This document shows positions 29,878-40,369 of a stretch of 64,000 nt of DNA, piece after piece. The notes under the pieces are model-generated. The model worked only from the letters and a program-made list of their open reading frames with translations. It had not been told where the DNA came from and did no database searches. Made by a program: the position numbers and the translations under genes. Position 1 is the first letter of the stretch, and every line of letters begins with the position of its first letter. Source of the stretch: an uncultured archaeon (GTDB lineage: Archaea; Asgardarchaeota; Lokiarchaeia; Sigyniarchaeales; SOKP01); NCBI GenBank assembly GCA_964388035.1, contig CAYLZE010000002.1, forward strand, positions 34,041 to 98,040, read 5' to 3'.

Positions 29878-31293
29878 ATGGAAAATTCTGAATTTAATGT
29901 TTGGAAAAGAAAATCTCATAAAGAGATATCCGAGCTTTCTATTGAAGTAAGTCACGTTTTGAAAGAAGATCCTATTAGATCTCCTTTATATGCTTTAATG
30001 TTTGCTATTGATAAGGGAAATACTGATCTGGAATCAATCTACAGTTATTTCAAGTATTTTTACGTGAACGAGTTTAGTTTTTTAACTTTAGAGCCGAGAA
30101 TCATAGACAGACTCATCAAGAAAGGGATTAATGCAGAATTAATCGAAACAAAGGAAAATAATTATTACTTGACAGAAAAAGGCAGTAGAATATTAGAAAA
30201 GGCGAGAAAAGTCATCACGACCACAAATGAAGCCATGTATTTTTTTTTCAGTGAAAAAGTGGTGTTAATATTTTCCTTTTTCTGTCTACTTTTCTTGAGT
30301 GTTTTGAAGATTATCATGGGATTGTTGGATGGAAGCGATGCCCTCCTTAATGATGGGATTGAAAATCTCACGGATATTATTAAAATTGTTGTTATTTTGC
30401 TTAGTCTTAAATTTAATAAAGATAAAGTGGGGGCATTACTCATCATCTCTTTAATGTTAATTACAGGAGTTAATCTAATGATTCTATCAATAATCTCTTT
30501 ATTTGAAGCACATGTCATTACTCCCAGTTATTTTGCTTTTGTATTAATGATTGTATCGATGTTAATTAATTACATTTTACGCTTCTTGAAACATTTGGTC
30601 GGAAAAATAAACGGCAATCTTTCCTTGCTTTCCGATGCTAAGGACAATGCAAATAATGTGAAAATATCCTTCGGTGTCATGATTGGATTGATTTTCGCGC
30701 TATTTGAAATTTATTTTGTAGATGCCCTTGTAGGAATTTTAATCGCTTTTCTGATAATTTATGATGGGGTGGAGACTTTAATCGCTTTAATAAAATCGGG
30801 AGAAGACATAAATATAGATAGTTTCAAATTAAGACTTGATGAAGCTTTTGAATTTAGACTTGCGGATTGGATTTTAAAAATAATAAATCAAGAATCAGTT
30901 TCTGAAGAACAGATAAATGAAAGATTCAAAATTGCAATTAACAAGGGAAATGAAATTTTTGGAGTTTGGGCGACTTTTGGGTTGTATGATTATGAAAAAC
31001 TGAGCATCCATTCAATTATAAAACTAATGAAAAAAAGAGGGATAATAGATGAAAAAAGTAACACTTTAAGGCTTATTGGTATGAGAGGCATGCGCCAATA
31101 TAATAGATCTATTCTAAGAGAAAGAAAAATGATTGCAATAGAAAGAGAAAAATTTAATAATTGGAAGCCGCCCTCAAGAAAAACTAAATTGGTATGGACA
31201 TTTTTTGGAATCCTCTTCTTAATTGGACTTATCTTAATCACAATCTTTATTGGACCACTTATTTATAATTGGATTGTAGATTTTATTACCTAA
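29878..31293 (+). CDS. Cation diffusion facilitator TM domain flanked by two wHTH-like domains
   Basis: GSDALLNDGIENLTD and SLLSDAKDNANN CDF motifs, VDALVGILIA; YYLTEKG wing N-terminally, second wHTH-like region plus TM C-terminally. Confidence 0.78.
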   Translation: MENSEFNVWKRKSHKEISELSIEVSHVLKEDPIRSPLYALMFAIDKGNTDLESIYSYFKYFYVNEFSFLTLEPRIIDRLIKKGINAELIETKENNYYLTEKGSRILEKARKVITTTNEAMYFFFSEKVVLIFSFFCLLFLSVLKIIMGLLDGSDALLNDGIENLTDIIKIVVILLSLKFNKDKVGALLIISLMLITGVNLMILSIISLFEAHVITPSYFAFVLMIVSMLINYILRFLKHLVGKINGNLSLLSDAKDNANNVKISFGVMIGLIFALFEIYFVDALVGILIAFLIIYDGVETLIALIKSGEDINIDSFKLRLDEAFEFRLADWILKIINQESVSEEQINERFKIAINKGNEIFGVWATFGLYDYEKLSIHSIIKLMKKRGIIDEKSNTLRLIGMRGMRQYNRSILRERKMIAIEREKFNNWKPPSRKTKLVWTFFGILFLIGLILITIFIGPLIYNWIVDFIT

Positions 31294-31364
31294 TTAAGGG
31301 GTAGCAGGTGTTAGATAATGTAAAATGAGATTCCATTGCTAATATGATGTTTTAACGATATATA

Positions 31365-32012
31365 TTACAGAGATTCTTTTCGAGCATAAATATATCTCAA
31401 TACATGTACGTGGGGTCCCACTTTTCCATGATTTTCCTCTTCTTTTATAATTCCCGTATCAATAATATTAAAATCTAAAAAATGCTCAACTAAATCTTTT
31501 TCAGTAAAATAATGTACAGGTCTTCCTGGTTTGGATTCAAAGGTATTTATCTCTTCTACGATTTTACCTTTTCCGTAACTTTCATCATTTTCGGAAAAGA
31601 CAGTGAAATAAATAAGCCCGTTCTCTTTAAGAACATCCTTACAAATTTTTATAAATTTCAAGCGCTCTTTCCTCATGAACAGATGAAGAGTATTAAAGCA
31701 AAAAACAGCATTAAAAGAATTTTCTTCAAGCACCTTATCAAGAATTGACCCATTTATGAATCGAGTTTTACTATCGAATTCTTTAGCAATTTCATAAGCA
31801 ATGCTTGAAATCTCAATTCCAACCACATAAAATCCATTATCAGAAAATAATTTTGAATTTCGTCCATACCCAGAACCAGGAATTAAAATTCTCTTAATAC
31901 TTTCTTGTTGGAATAATTTCAAAGCATTCATAGCACTCCTACTTGGGCTTTCACCCCAAATTTTCCCTTCCAATTCAAATCTTTCATCCCAATAATTTTT
32001 CATGATCTTCAT
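31365..32012 (-). CDS. Class I SAM-dependent methyltransferase
   Basis: ILIPGSGYGRNS, GIEIS, LKENG. Confidence 0.9.
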   Translation of the reverse strand: MKIMKNYWDERFELEGKIWGESPSRSAMNALKLFQQESIKRILIPGSGYGRNSKLFSDNGFYVVGIEISSIAYEIAKEFDSKTRFINGSILDKVLEENSFNAVFCFNTLHLFMRKERLKFIKICKDVLKENGLIYFTVFSENDESYGKGKIVEEINTFESKPGRPVHYFTEKDLVEHFLDFNIIDTGIIKEEENHGKVGPHVHVLRYIYARKESL

Positions 32013-32109
32013 ATTCGAGATAAATTTCTAATATTTAATATTCTCGGGATTATTAATGAATGAAAAAACTACAAAAACTGTTTTTAAACTAATTCTAAAG
32101 AAAATACCA

Positions 32110-32490
32110 TTACTCTCCCTTTTTCACGATACCTTTAAAAGAGTCGAATTGTTTAAAGATACTTGGATCTCCTTCGATCTTGGCAAAGATATTTACGGGT
32201 GTCGCAGCTACAGGTTTCTCACCACTACTTGCGGGGGTTGGACCAAAAAATATGCAAAATCCCTTGCCACTCATCCAATATCCAACATCTCCAACTTCAC
32301 ATTCCTTTTGTGCATTTTCAGTATCAATTTTTACGGGTATGGCCCCGTACAATTCCTCCCCCCATCGTGAAAGGCTCAATTCTAAGGGCAATTTATCCCA
32401 TATTGCTTGACAAGTCTTAGGATTTTTGTCCTCGAGTAGTTTGGCTTTTATCTGTCCTATCTTTTCATTCTCAATTATTATATATTTCAT
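32110..32490 (-). CDS. Cyclophilin-like fold protein (DUF369)
   Basis: PKTCQAIWDKLP, RWGEELY, GDVGYW, FCIFFGPTP. Confidence 0.88.
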   Translation of the reverse strand: MKYIIIENEKIGQIKAKLLEDKNPKTCQAIWDKLPLELSLSRWGEELYGAIPVKIDTENAQKECEVGDVGYWMSGKGFCIFFGPTPASSGEKPVAATPVNIFAKIEGDPSIFKQFDSFKGIVKKGE

Positions 32491-32883
32491 GTTATCACCC
32501 TATCAGTTCTTCTTTATTCCATTTTTTAATAGTAAAGTAATTTATCATTTTAATTTGCTGGGAAATATAAAAATAAGAAGAGCTCTATTAAAATTATTTT
32601 TTTCCCTTTAAATTAATACCGGATATTATTAATTATTAATAATAATTCCTGCTTATTGTTGCTTGGAATAAAAATTAATCTTGTTGGTTATTTCATAGTA
32701 ATTATTACGAATTACAAGTTTGATTTGTTAACATTAAAGTAGAAAACAAGTTGAAAAAAACCAAAGTTTAAATTAGATAACTAACTTCTTTCTAAGTAAT
32801 CGATAGACCTTATTACTTAAATATAGGGGATTTTTCGGCCATTCTAAATTTAACTTAAAATTATAATCATAATTTGAATTGAA

Positions 32884-33999
32884 ATGGAGCTTCAATTTTC
32901 ATTTCGAGAAATACTTATCCCATTTTTAACAATTTGTATATTTGTGGGATATCAGATTTCTTTAGGGTTAATAATGCAATATATCAAGTATCGAAAAAAT
33001 CAATCGGATCCGGATAAATTAATATTATCTCACGGGATTTTTCTAGGGATAATAATTACATCGCTTGTAATATTCTTGGTAGATTTTTTCTATGTTGTTA
33101 GAATGCCATTGAATGAAATTCTTAATCGTTCCAGCGGCATTGTTTTTTGCATGGCATTTCCTATCTATTTCCACTTTTTATCAAATATCAAGCACCAAGC
33201 AATAAAACCCATAATGATAAAACAAGTAGAAAGAATAACTTTCATACCTCCATTCTTAATTCTATTTTTTGGATTGCATTCACCCTTATCTATAATAAGT
33301 TTTGTAATTTTATGTATTGGTATTTTTTTTATTTTAAAATTCAGATTTGATATGATAAGAATCTCAACAGGAAAAATGAAGATACGGTTAACGTTTCTTT
33401 TTATCGGCCATCTTATAATAGGATCATCCTTATTGCTCAACATCTTTCAATTAATCACTTCAGAATTAATGGTTTTCATATTGGAGTCCTTGTTATTTAT
33501 TGGCTTGCTGATGATCTTATTTTCCATTTTTAAAAGCCCGCTTTTTTTAGAATATCGGTGGAAAGCTGATCTAGTAGACCTATATATCTTGAATACGGAG
33601 CAGCTAATGGATCTCTATCATTATGAGTTTAAATCCCACTCATCATCACAAGATTCACAGGAATCGGGAAGAAAAAAGAAAATTGAGCTAAATACCTCCC
33701 GAATATTAATTGGAATTCAAAAAATAGCGACAGATGGATTATCTCGAAAGTTAAAAGTAAATAAAATAATGGATGAAGGATTTTTTTTATATTTTGAATA
33801 TGGAGAAGCTCCACAGAATATATTATATGTATTGACCGCTACATCTGATATGCAGAGCCATGAATATCTTTTGAAATTAATTAAAAAAAAATTTCAAAAA
33901 ACTTATAAAAATCTTTTAGTAGATGTAAGTATAATTAAAAACTTGAAAGAAAACATCTTTTCTAATTTTTCCAGTATAATAGAAGATATAGTAAAGTAA
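32884..33999 (+). CDS. 7-TM membrane protein with C-terminal longin-like domain
   Basis: Seven hydrophobic segments, EYRW linker, then LYIL...LYHYEF...ILIGIQKI...LYFEYG...LYVLTA...IKKKFQKTY. Confidence 0.78.
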   Translation: MELQFSFREILIPFLTICIFVGYQISLGLIMQYIKYRKNQSDPDKLILSHGIFLGIIITSLVIFLVDFFYVVRMPLNEILNRSSGIVFCMAFPIYFHFLSNIKHQAIKPIMIKQVERITFIPPFLILFFGLHSPLSIISFVILCIGIFFILKFRFDMIRISTGKMKIRLTFLFIGHLIIGSSLLLNIFQLITSELMVFILESLLFIGLLMILFSIFKSPLFLEYRWKADLVDLYILNTEQLMDLYHYEFKSHSSSQDSQESGRKKKIELNTSRILIGIQKIATDGLSRKLKVNKIMDEGFFLYFEYGEAPQNILYVLTATSDMQSHEYLLKLIKKKFQKTYKNLLVDVSIIKNLKENIFSNFSSIIEDIVK

Positions 34000-34010
34000 A
34001 AATCAAAAAT

Positions 34011-35102
34011 ATGGATCCAACAACGCAAAAATTTCCTATAGAAATCGCGACTCGAGAAGTGGAACTAACTCTTGAGTGTTTGTTATTTTTCTATTTTATA
34101 GAAAGTGCAATCATGTTTTATATTCAATTTAAGAAAGGTAAAGATAAATTCAGTATTTCAGACGATAAAGCATATATTTTCTTATATTTTGGGCTTTCTT
34201 TTACATCTCTTTTCCGAATCGTAGGTGGTTTTTATTTTACGAATCAAGCGCTCATAATTCTCTTCCTTAATACTTCAAACATAATACGAATAATAAGTTT
34301 AAATACATGCGCGTTTATTATTGAAAAAGATAAGATATTATATCGGAAATTTTTCTTTTCAAAAGTCTTTCTCTTTTTTACCTTCACATATGCTATTTTA
34401 ATACCTTTTTATGAGAGCTTATATTTATATGCTTTTCCTGTTTTCATAGTATTTATAATTTTTTTAGGAGCTTATCTTAGAGACCTTTCAAAAAAAACAA
34501 AAATTCTGAGATCTGACAAACATCAGGAAAGGCTCTATTCCAGCGGGATGTTTGGATTTACATTAGTAATCATCGGAACGGTCATTAGTCATGAATCTTT
34601 CATTTATTTGTTTGGATCTTATGCGAGAATAATTGGAATCATTATTTTACTGTTTGGGATAGGATCATGTAATCATTTTTTTAAATCAATTTCAAGTTTA
34701 TCTGAATATGATTGGAGCGAACATGTTAAAAAGGTAATAATTTCAAAACGATCCGGATTGTGCCTTTATGAAAGATCATGCGACGAAAACGAAAAAATTC
34801 AAGAAGATATTCTTTTATCTGGAGCTCTCGTGCTTATTAAAATTCAACTAGAATATTTGTCAACGCATAGTGGATTAACCGTAATTGAGAAAGAAGGGGA
34901 TTATTACTTGATCTATCCGGGTAAGCACGTGCTCTGTATTTTAATTACGGATGTGTACTTAAATTCTTTAAAGTTATTATTAAGAAGTTTTGTAGAGAAA
35001 ATTGAGTTCATATATTCGGACTTATTAGAAAATTGGGAGGGGGGTTTAAAGATTTTCGAGCCCATTAATGATATGGTCAATGAATTCTTTTTTTTGAAAT
35101 AA
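34011..35102 (+). CDS. 7-TM membrane protein with C-terminal longin-like domain
   Basis: Seven hydrophobic segments, EYDW linker, then VIISKRSGLCLY...LLSGAL...FVEKIEFIY...WEG...FEP; 11 bp after paralog. Confidence 0.8.
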   Translation: MDPTTQKFPIEIATREVELTLECLLFFYFIESAIMFYIQFKKGKDKFSISDDKAYIFLYFGLSFTSLFRIVGGFYFTNQALIILFLNTSNIIRIISLNTCAFIIEKDKILYRKFFFSKVFLFFTFTYAILIPFYESLYLYAFPVFIVFIIFLGAYLRDLSKKTKILRSDKHQERLYSSGMFGFTLVIIGTVISHESFIYLFGSYARIIGIIILLFGIGSCNHFFKSISSLSEYDWSEHVKKVIISKRSGLCLYERSCDENEKIQEDILLSGALVLIKIQLEYLSTHSGLTVIEKEGDYYLIYPGKHVLCILITDVYLNSLKLLLRSFVEKIEFIYSDLLENWEGGLKIFEPINDMVNEFFFLK

Positions 35103-35169
35103 ATTTTTTGAAGAATGAAATTATTAACTCCTAATTTGTATTTTCATATTAAATTAGTTGTTGAATTAT

Positions 35170-37413
35170 TCACTTGCATAGCAAAAATCTCTGTACACGT
35201 TTGGTAACTTCCATATCATTTAAGGAAATGAAAGATTTAATATTTTCAAGTTCCATTCTAGCAAGCAAATAGGTCACAATTGATTCTGCACCTTGATTTA
35301 AATTAATTCCTTCCTTACTTATCCCATCATAGCATCCACCCGATGTATTATCATAAACAATTTGTTTTAATGTATTTCTACCAAGGAACCATTCAAAAGC
35401 TTTTATAGCATTTTTTAAATAGAGTTCTTTCTTAGTTAATTTATAAGCTAAAACTAATGTCTGAACGATAGATGCTGTATTAACGGGTTGCTGATCATAG
35501 AGAGCTCTCTTTGAATTTTGGTGAAACCATCCATTTTCTCCAATTGGTACATAAATATTATCAATAAAAGTGTGTTTCATTAAGAACTCTAATGATTTTT
35601 CTGCAATTTCTAAATAGTTTTCATTTTTAGTAAGATCATAATAAGAAAATAATGCTTCTGAGAGTTTGCTATTTGAATAAGTAAGAGATTTCTCAAACCA
35701 TTCCCAGTTATTCTTAGAACATCTATTATAGTAAGAAACCAATAAATTTGCAAGTTTAGTAATTTTTTCTAATTTTTTTCCCGTAGATTTAAAACAATAA
35801 TACAGACCTATTATTGAAAATGCAATTGAGCGAGGGGACCTAAATTCTTCGATTATTTCTATTCCTTTATTGAACAATGTATAAGCTTTAGAGGAAATAA
35901 CATTGGGTAAGTTCTTAGATGATAGGAGGGCTCCTAATGCCCATAACGCCCTACCGTGAGCATCCTCACTCCATCTATCAAAATTGATTTTTTTATTATA
36001 ATCGACAAAATTATAAAATTTAGATTCATGGAACACATGTAATATAAAATTCAAGTAGGTGTTAATCGATTCTATCATGGTTTCTTCTTTGAACAGATCA
36101 TAATATTGAACACAAGCAATCAATGCTCTCGCATTATCATCTAAAGTATAACCGCTTTTAATATCTGGAATATTAAATTTTGAGAACTGTATCATCCCAA
36201 AGTCATCCGTTAACTTGTTAACATGTTTAAAATCAATTTTGGGGACTGAATATCGGCATTTCTTTAATTCAGGAACCAATTCCTTATATAATGTAAAGTA
36301 ACTTATAGCCACATTAGGCCAAATTGCATTCCGAGTATATTGGTAAATATTATATCTTAGATACTTTCTTAGTTCGGGATCGGTAAGTAATTTTAATAAA
36401 GCTTGTTTAATTGAATCGGAATCTTTAAATTTTACAAGGATTCCCCGGTTCGGAGATAATAAATCTTTAGCGTGAAGATATGGTGTGGATATTATAGGGA
36501 GCCCACATGATGCTCCATAAGCTAACGTTCCACTTACTATTTGTCGATAATCTTGATTAGTGGAAATAAATATGTCACTAGCTTGTAAATATCTTGTTAT
36601 TTCATTTAAAGTAATATATTTATTAATAAATCGAACGTGTTTAGTTAATTTTAAGCTCTTTACTTTATTTTCTAAGAAATTTCTATAATTTTCTCCAATT
36701 TTTTTTTTAATTTCAGGATGAGTTTCCCCTATTATTAAATATAAAAGGGTCGGGAATTTTTTAACAACCTCAGGTAGTGCATCAATTGTATATTCAAATC
36801 CTTTATTGGGATTAATCATTCCAAATGACATTAGAATGGTTTTACTTTCAAATCCCAATTCCTTCTTCATCTTAAATTTTTCTTTGAAAGGTATATTAGG
36901 AGTTCCATGTGGAATTATTTCAATATTTTTTTTAATATCATAATTATCTTTAAGAATATTTAACCCCAATCGATTCATTATTACTATTTTTGACGAATAA
37001 TGTGCAATTTTTTTCATAATTCTTTTAATGTGATTATCCGGATTAGGTAAAATAGTATGTAATGTTGTAACAATAGGTTTTTCAAAATTTTCAAGAAGGC
37101 TAAGTAAATAGTCTCCATTTTTACCACCATATATCCCAAATTCGTGTTGAATATTGACTAATCTTATTTTATCTATAGCGTTAACTTTTTTTGCCACTTT
37201 TTCGTAAGTAGAGACATCTTCTTCTATAATATTAGAAATAACATTATTGGAATAAGAATAATTACAGTCTCCCTTATTTATTGAAATTATTTTTGCTTGT
37301 AAGGAGGGGCTAAACTTATGATCTAAAGCAGAAGTTAAATCTTTTGTAAAAGTTGCTATACCACATTCTCTTGGAGGATATGTAGCAATATGAGCTATCC
37401 AAAATTTATTCAT
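35170..37413 (-). CDS. GT4 glycosyltransferase fused to (alpha/alpha)6 glycosidase-like domain
   Basis: TYPPRECGIATFT, IQHEFGIYGG, SGTLAYG; C-terminal GYTLDDNARAL, DQQP, NQGAES. Confidence 0.9.
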   Translation of the reverse strand: MNKFWIAHIATYPPRECGIATFTKDLTSALDHKFSPSLQAKIISINKGDCNYSYSNNVISNIIEEDVSTYEKVAKKVNAIDKIRLVNIQHEFGIYGGKNGDYLLSLLENFEKPIVTTLHTILPNPDNHIKRIMKKIAHYSSKIVIMNRLGLNILKDNYDIKKNIEIIPHGTPNIPFKEKFKMKKELGFESKTILMSFGMINPNKGFEYTIDALPEVVKKFPTLLYLIIGETHPEIKKKIGENYRNFLENKVKSLKLTKHVRFINKYITLNEITRYLQASDIFISTNQDYRQIVSGTLAYGASCGLPIISTPYLHAKDLLSPNRGILVKFKDSDSIKQALLKLLTDPELRKYLRYNIYQYTRNAIWPNVAISYFTLYKELVPELKKCRYSVPKIDFKHVNKLTDDFGMIQFSKFNIPDIKSGYTLDDNARALIACVQYYDLFKEETMIESINTYLNFILHVFHESKFYNFVDYNKKINFDRWSEDAHGRALWALGALLSSKNLPNVISSKAYTLFNKGIEIIEEFRSPRSIAFSIIGLYYCFKSTGKKLEKITKLANLLVSYYNRCSKNNWEWFEKSLTYSNSKLSEALFSYYDLTKNENYLEIAEKSLEFLMKHTFIDNIYVPIGENGWFHQNSKRALYDQQPVNTASIVQTLVLAYKLTKKELYLKNAIKAFEWFLGRNTLKQIVYDNTSGGCYDGISKEGINLNQGAESIVTYLLARMELENIKSFISLNDMEVTKRVQRFLLCK

Positions 37414-37597
37414 ATTAATTACCAGATTTAATAAATGTTGTTTTTTTGAGATTAATAAATGTAATGTTTAAGAGATATAACACTTAAGATAATGTAAGGA
37501 ATAATAAGAAAGTTGGGGCAGAATTCAAGTTGAAATTAATCAAAATAAATTTAGATGTGTTTTCTATTAATCGAAAAATAAAAACTATAGAATTTAC

Positions 37598-38818
37598 TTA
37601 TTCCGTGGTCCAGAGCATTATTGTACCATCCTTGTTTCCAAAAATTAACTTGTTTTCTCTTGCTAACCAACCAAGTGCCATCATGAGTAGATCTTCTTTA
37701 TCTTTATATTCACTTTTTAATTTTTCTAGACTAATTTCCTTATCATATGCTCTTTTAAAAATTTCTCCTGCCAAAAATCCAATATCAATTTTTAATCTTG
37801 ATTGACTTTTAATCAGTGCTTTAATTAACCTTTTCAATTTCACTGAAACAACGGCAATACGTTTATCAGCAGCCCCATAATAAATATAAAGGATTTCATT
37901 AAATAGAGCCGTTCCTGTTGGGAACACCACATTTCCCACATCACCGAATATTTCATAATCTTCAGTTGGAGAAAAAAGAGGTTTTTTCAACCTTCCAATA
38001 ACTTTAAAAGGATGAGTTTTTTCCAGTAAAGCTGCGCCAGAGTGATAAATTTGTCCCGCGTTAGTATCTTCTACAGCATGATAGATTGAAAGCCATCCAT
38101 AATCTGTCTCTATTAATGGTGCTCCCGAACCAATATGATTTTCGAAAGCGAATTTAGGTTCCATTATTACATATTGGCTCAAATTCTTAAGGTATTCTTT
38201 CCAATAATCTTGATCTTCTAATTGGGCAAAATTATCAAAAAAAATAACTTGAATATCGGGTAAGATTCTATGTATTAATGCGTATCTATTTCCAATTTTT
38301 TTAGGAAGAAGTATGCAGTCTTTTTCCCATAATAGCACATCTGGGGCAGTTATATCTTTTAAGTAAGAAATAAATTGATAATATTTATTTTTTAATTTCG
38401 ATTGAACCAAGTAAGTTTTAACTTCATCATATTTAATTGAAGGTGTAATCAATCCATGCTTATCCCATTTTTTTAAATCCTTGCTTGAAGCATAAGCAAC
38501 TCTCGCATTCTTTCCATCATAAGCGGTATAAATGAGATAATAAAGACCATCTAAAAATACAATTCTAGGATCTTCTACACCATGCTTTTCATATTCATAT
38601 TCGGGATATAATACAGGTTCTTCTCTTCTCTCAACAACATTCATGGGCCCTTTTAATTTACAATACCCTAAGGTGGAATAATTTCCTTCTCTTACGGCAC
38701 GGTAAAACATGTGAAGAATTTCTCCCTCTTGAACAATAGAAGGATTTAATACGGCTTGATTTTCGAATTCTAATTCTGTAGCTTCAAGCAAAATCCCTTC
38801 TCTTTTTACTTCCACCAT
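37598..38818 (-). CDS. GH130-family glycosidase/phosphorylase with C-terminal DUF2582-like wHTH
   Basis: VLNPS, YRAV, GVEDPRI, YTAYDG, NVVFPTG, YYGAAD; tail IGFLAGEIF...MALGWLARENKL. Confidence 0.88.
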   Translation of the reverse strand: MVEVKREGILLEATELEFENQAVLNPSIVQEGEILHMFYRAVREGNYSTLGYCKLKGPMNVVERREEPVLYPEYEYEKHGVEDPRIVFLDGLYYLIYTAYDGKNARVAYASSKDLKKWDKHGLITPSIKYDEVKTYLVQSKLKNKYYQFISYLKDITAPDVLLWEKDCILLPKKIGNRYALIHRILPDIQVIFFDNFAQLEDQDYWKEYLKNLSQYVIMEPKFAFENHIGSGAPLIETDYGWLSIYHAVEDTNAGQIYHSGAALLEKTHPFKVIGRLKKPLFSPTEDYEIFGDVGNVVFPTGTALFNEILYIYYGAADKRIAVVSVKLKRLIKALIKSQSRLKIDIGFLAGEIFKRAYDKEISLEKLKSEYKDKEDLLMMALGWLARENKLIFGNKDGTIMLWTTE

Positions 38819-38900
38819 ATTTTTTTAAGTAATTTATAACCATTAAATTTTCTTCAATTATGTAAAAAAGGGTTAAAAATCAAAAAACTAAGCTGACATA

Positions 38901-39911
38901 TCAAATGATTTCATTATAAACGTGAATATACTTCTCTACCATTATTTCCTTGCTAAATAACTGTTCCACTCTTTTTCGGCATTTGAATCTAGAAATTTGA
39001 TTTAATCGTTTCACGGCGTTAACCGCCTCATCGACATTTTGAACAACAAACCCCGTTTTTTGATGACTTATCACTTCACTTACAGACCCTAAATCAAATC
39101 CTATAACAGGCGTGCCGCAAGCCATCGCTTCCGGCATTACGAGACCAAATCTTTCGGGTTTTCTTACGGGATGCACTAAAGCTAAGGCATTCATTAATAA
39201 TTCATTTCTTTCTTCATTGGTTATGTGCCCCATAAAGATAATTTGATCATTGTCTATGTGTGGTTTCACAAATTTTTCAAAATATTGAGGTTCTTGAATG
39301 ATTCCCGCAATTTTCAATTTTTTATGCGATTTTTTTGCAATTTGAATTGCTTCGTAAGCACCTTTTTCAAAACAAATTCGCCCTAAATAAGCAAGGTATT
39401 CTTCACTTTGAGAAGAAAAAGTAAAATTACTCACATCTATACCGTTATACACCGTAGAAATATAATCTAACCTCGGATGTCGGTCAGAATTACTTATGGA
39501 TACGTAATAGCAATGTTTATTGTATTTTTCATATACTCGTATAATTTCCGGCGATGAAAAACCATGAATCGTTGTTAAAACGGGGGTATTTACCAATTTT
39601 GAATAAGTCAAGGCAGGAAAATCAAAATGATTATGAATGATATCAAATTCTTCCGCTCTTTCAAATACTTCAGAAATATGTAATAACTTCCAAACGTCGG
39701 GATTAATTGTTTTATCCTCTTCATATCCTCTAGGACATGTGGCAACATGCTTAGCTTGAGTAATGCTATCTCGTGTAGCAAATAATGTTACATCATACCC
39801 TTTCTTGACTAACTCTTCAGTTAAATTACTTGTTACTAATTCCCAAGGTCCATATTTCCTAGGGGGTGTTCTCCAAGCTATTGGAGCAAGAATTGCTATT
39901 TTAAGGGTCAT
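38901..39911 (-). CDS. GT4 glycosyltransferase
   Basis: PPRKYGPWE, GRICFEKG, ERFGLVMPEAMACGTPVI. Confidence 0.93.
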   Translation of the reverse strand: MTLKIAILAPIAWRTPPRKYGPWELVTSNLTEELVKKGYDVTLFATRDSITQAKHVATCPRGYEEDKTINPDVWKLLHISEVFERAEEFDIIHNHFDFPALTYSKLVNTPVLTTIHGFSSPEIIRVYEKYNKHCYYVSISNSDRHPRLDYISTVYNGIDVSNFTFSSQSEEYLAYLGRICFEKGAYEAIQIAKKSHKKLKIAGIIQEPQYFEKFVKPHIDNDQIIFMGHITNEERNELLMNALALVHPVRKPERFGLVMPEAMACGTPVIGFDLGSVSEVISHQKTGFVVQNVDEAVNAVKRLNQISRFKCRKRVEQLFSKEIMVEKYIHVYNEII

Positions 39912-40049
39912 TATTTCTTTGTTTATTAATTTCTAAATCCTTTCTTACCCCTAAAGAAGATTATCTTTTTAAATTTTAGGGATTATTTTGGTGAAATTTA
40001 TAATCCTTTTCTTAACATTAACCTACTTTCTTCAAAATCATATTCATTT

Positions 40050-40068
40050 ACTCCTAATTCTTAGGAGT
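40050..40068. promoter_or_regulatory. Perfect 8-bp inverted repeat, candidate operator
   Basis: ACTCCTAA-TTC-TTAGGAGT about 140 bp upstream of the GT operon start. Confidence 0.3.
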
Positions 40069-40369
40069 TTTAATCTTTAAATCATGAGAAATAATGAAAT
40101 TTGAAGTAAAATTTTACAATTAAAAATCATAACCCATATATTTAAAAAGATAGACAATTTTAAGAAAAATGAAATTAAAAGGAATAAAAAATGAACATTA
40201 TTCCTTCTTTATTAACGTTGATTTAATTAAAGAACTTAATTAAATTCATCCCTGTTAATTTCTGAATTAACATGCGCTCCTTTTAATTTCAATTTATTTC
40301 TTTACCGATTTTATTTTTTTTGGATAAATTTAGTTAGATATTTATCAAATCAAAATTCGAAAAGATATA

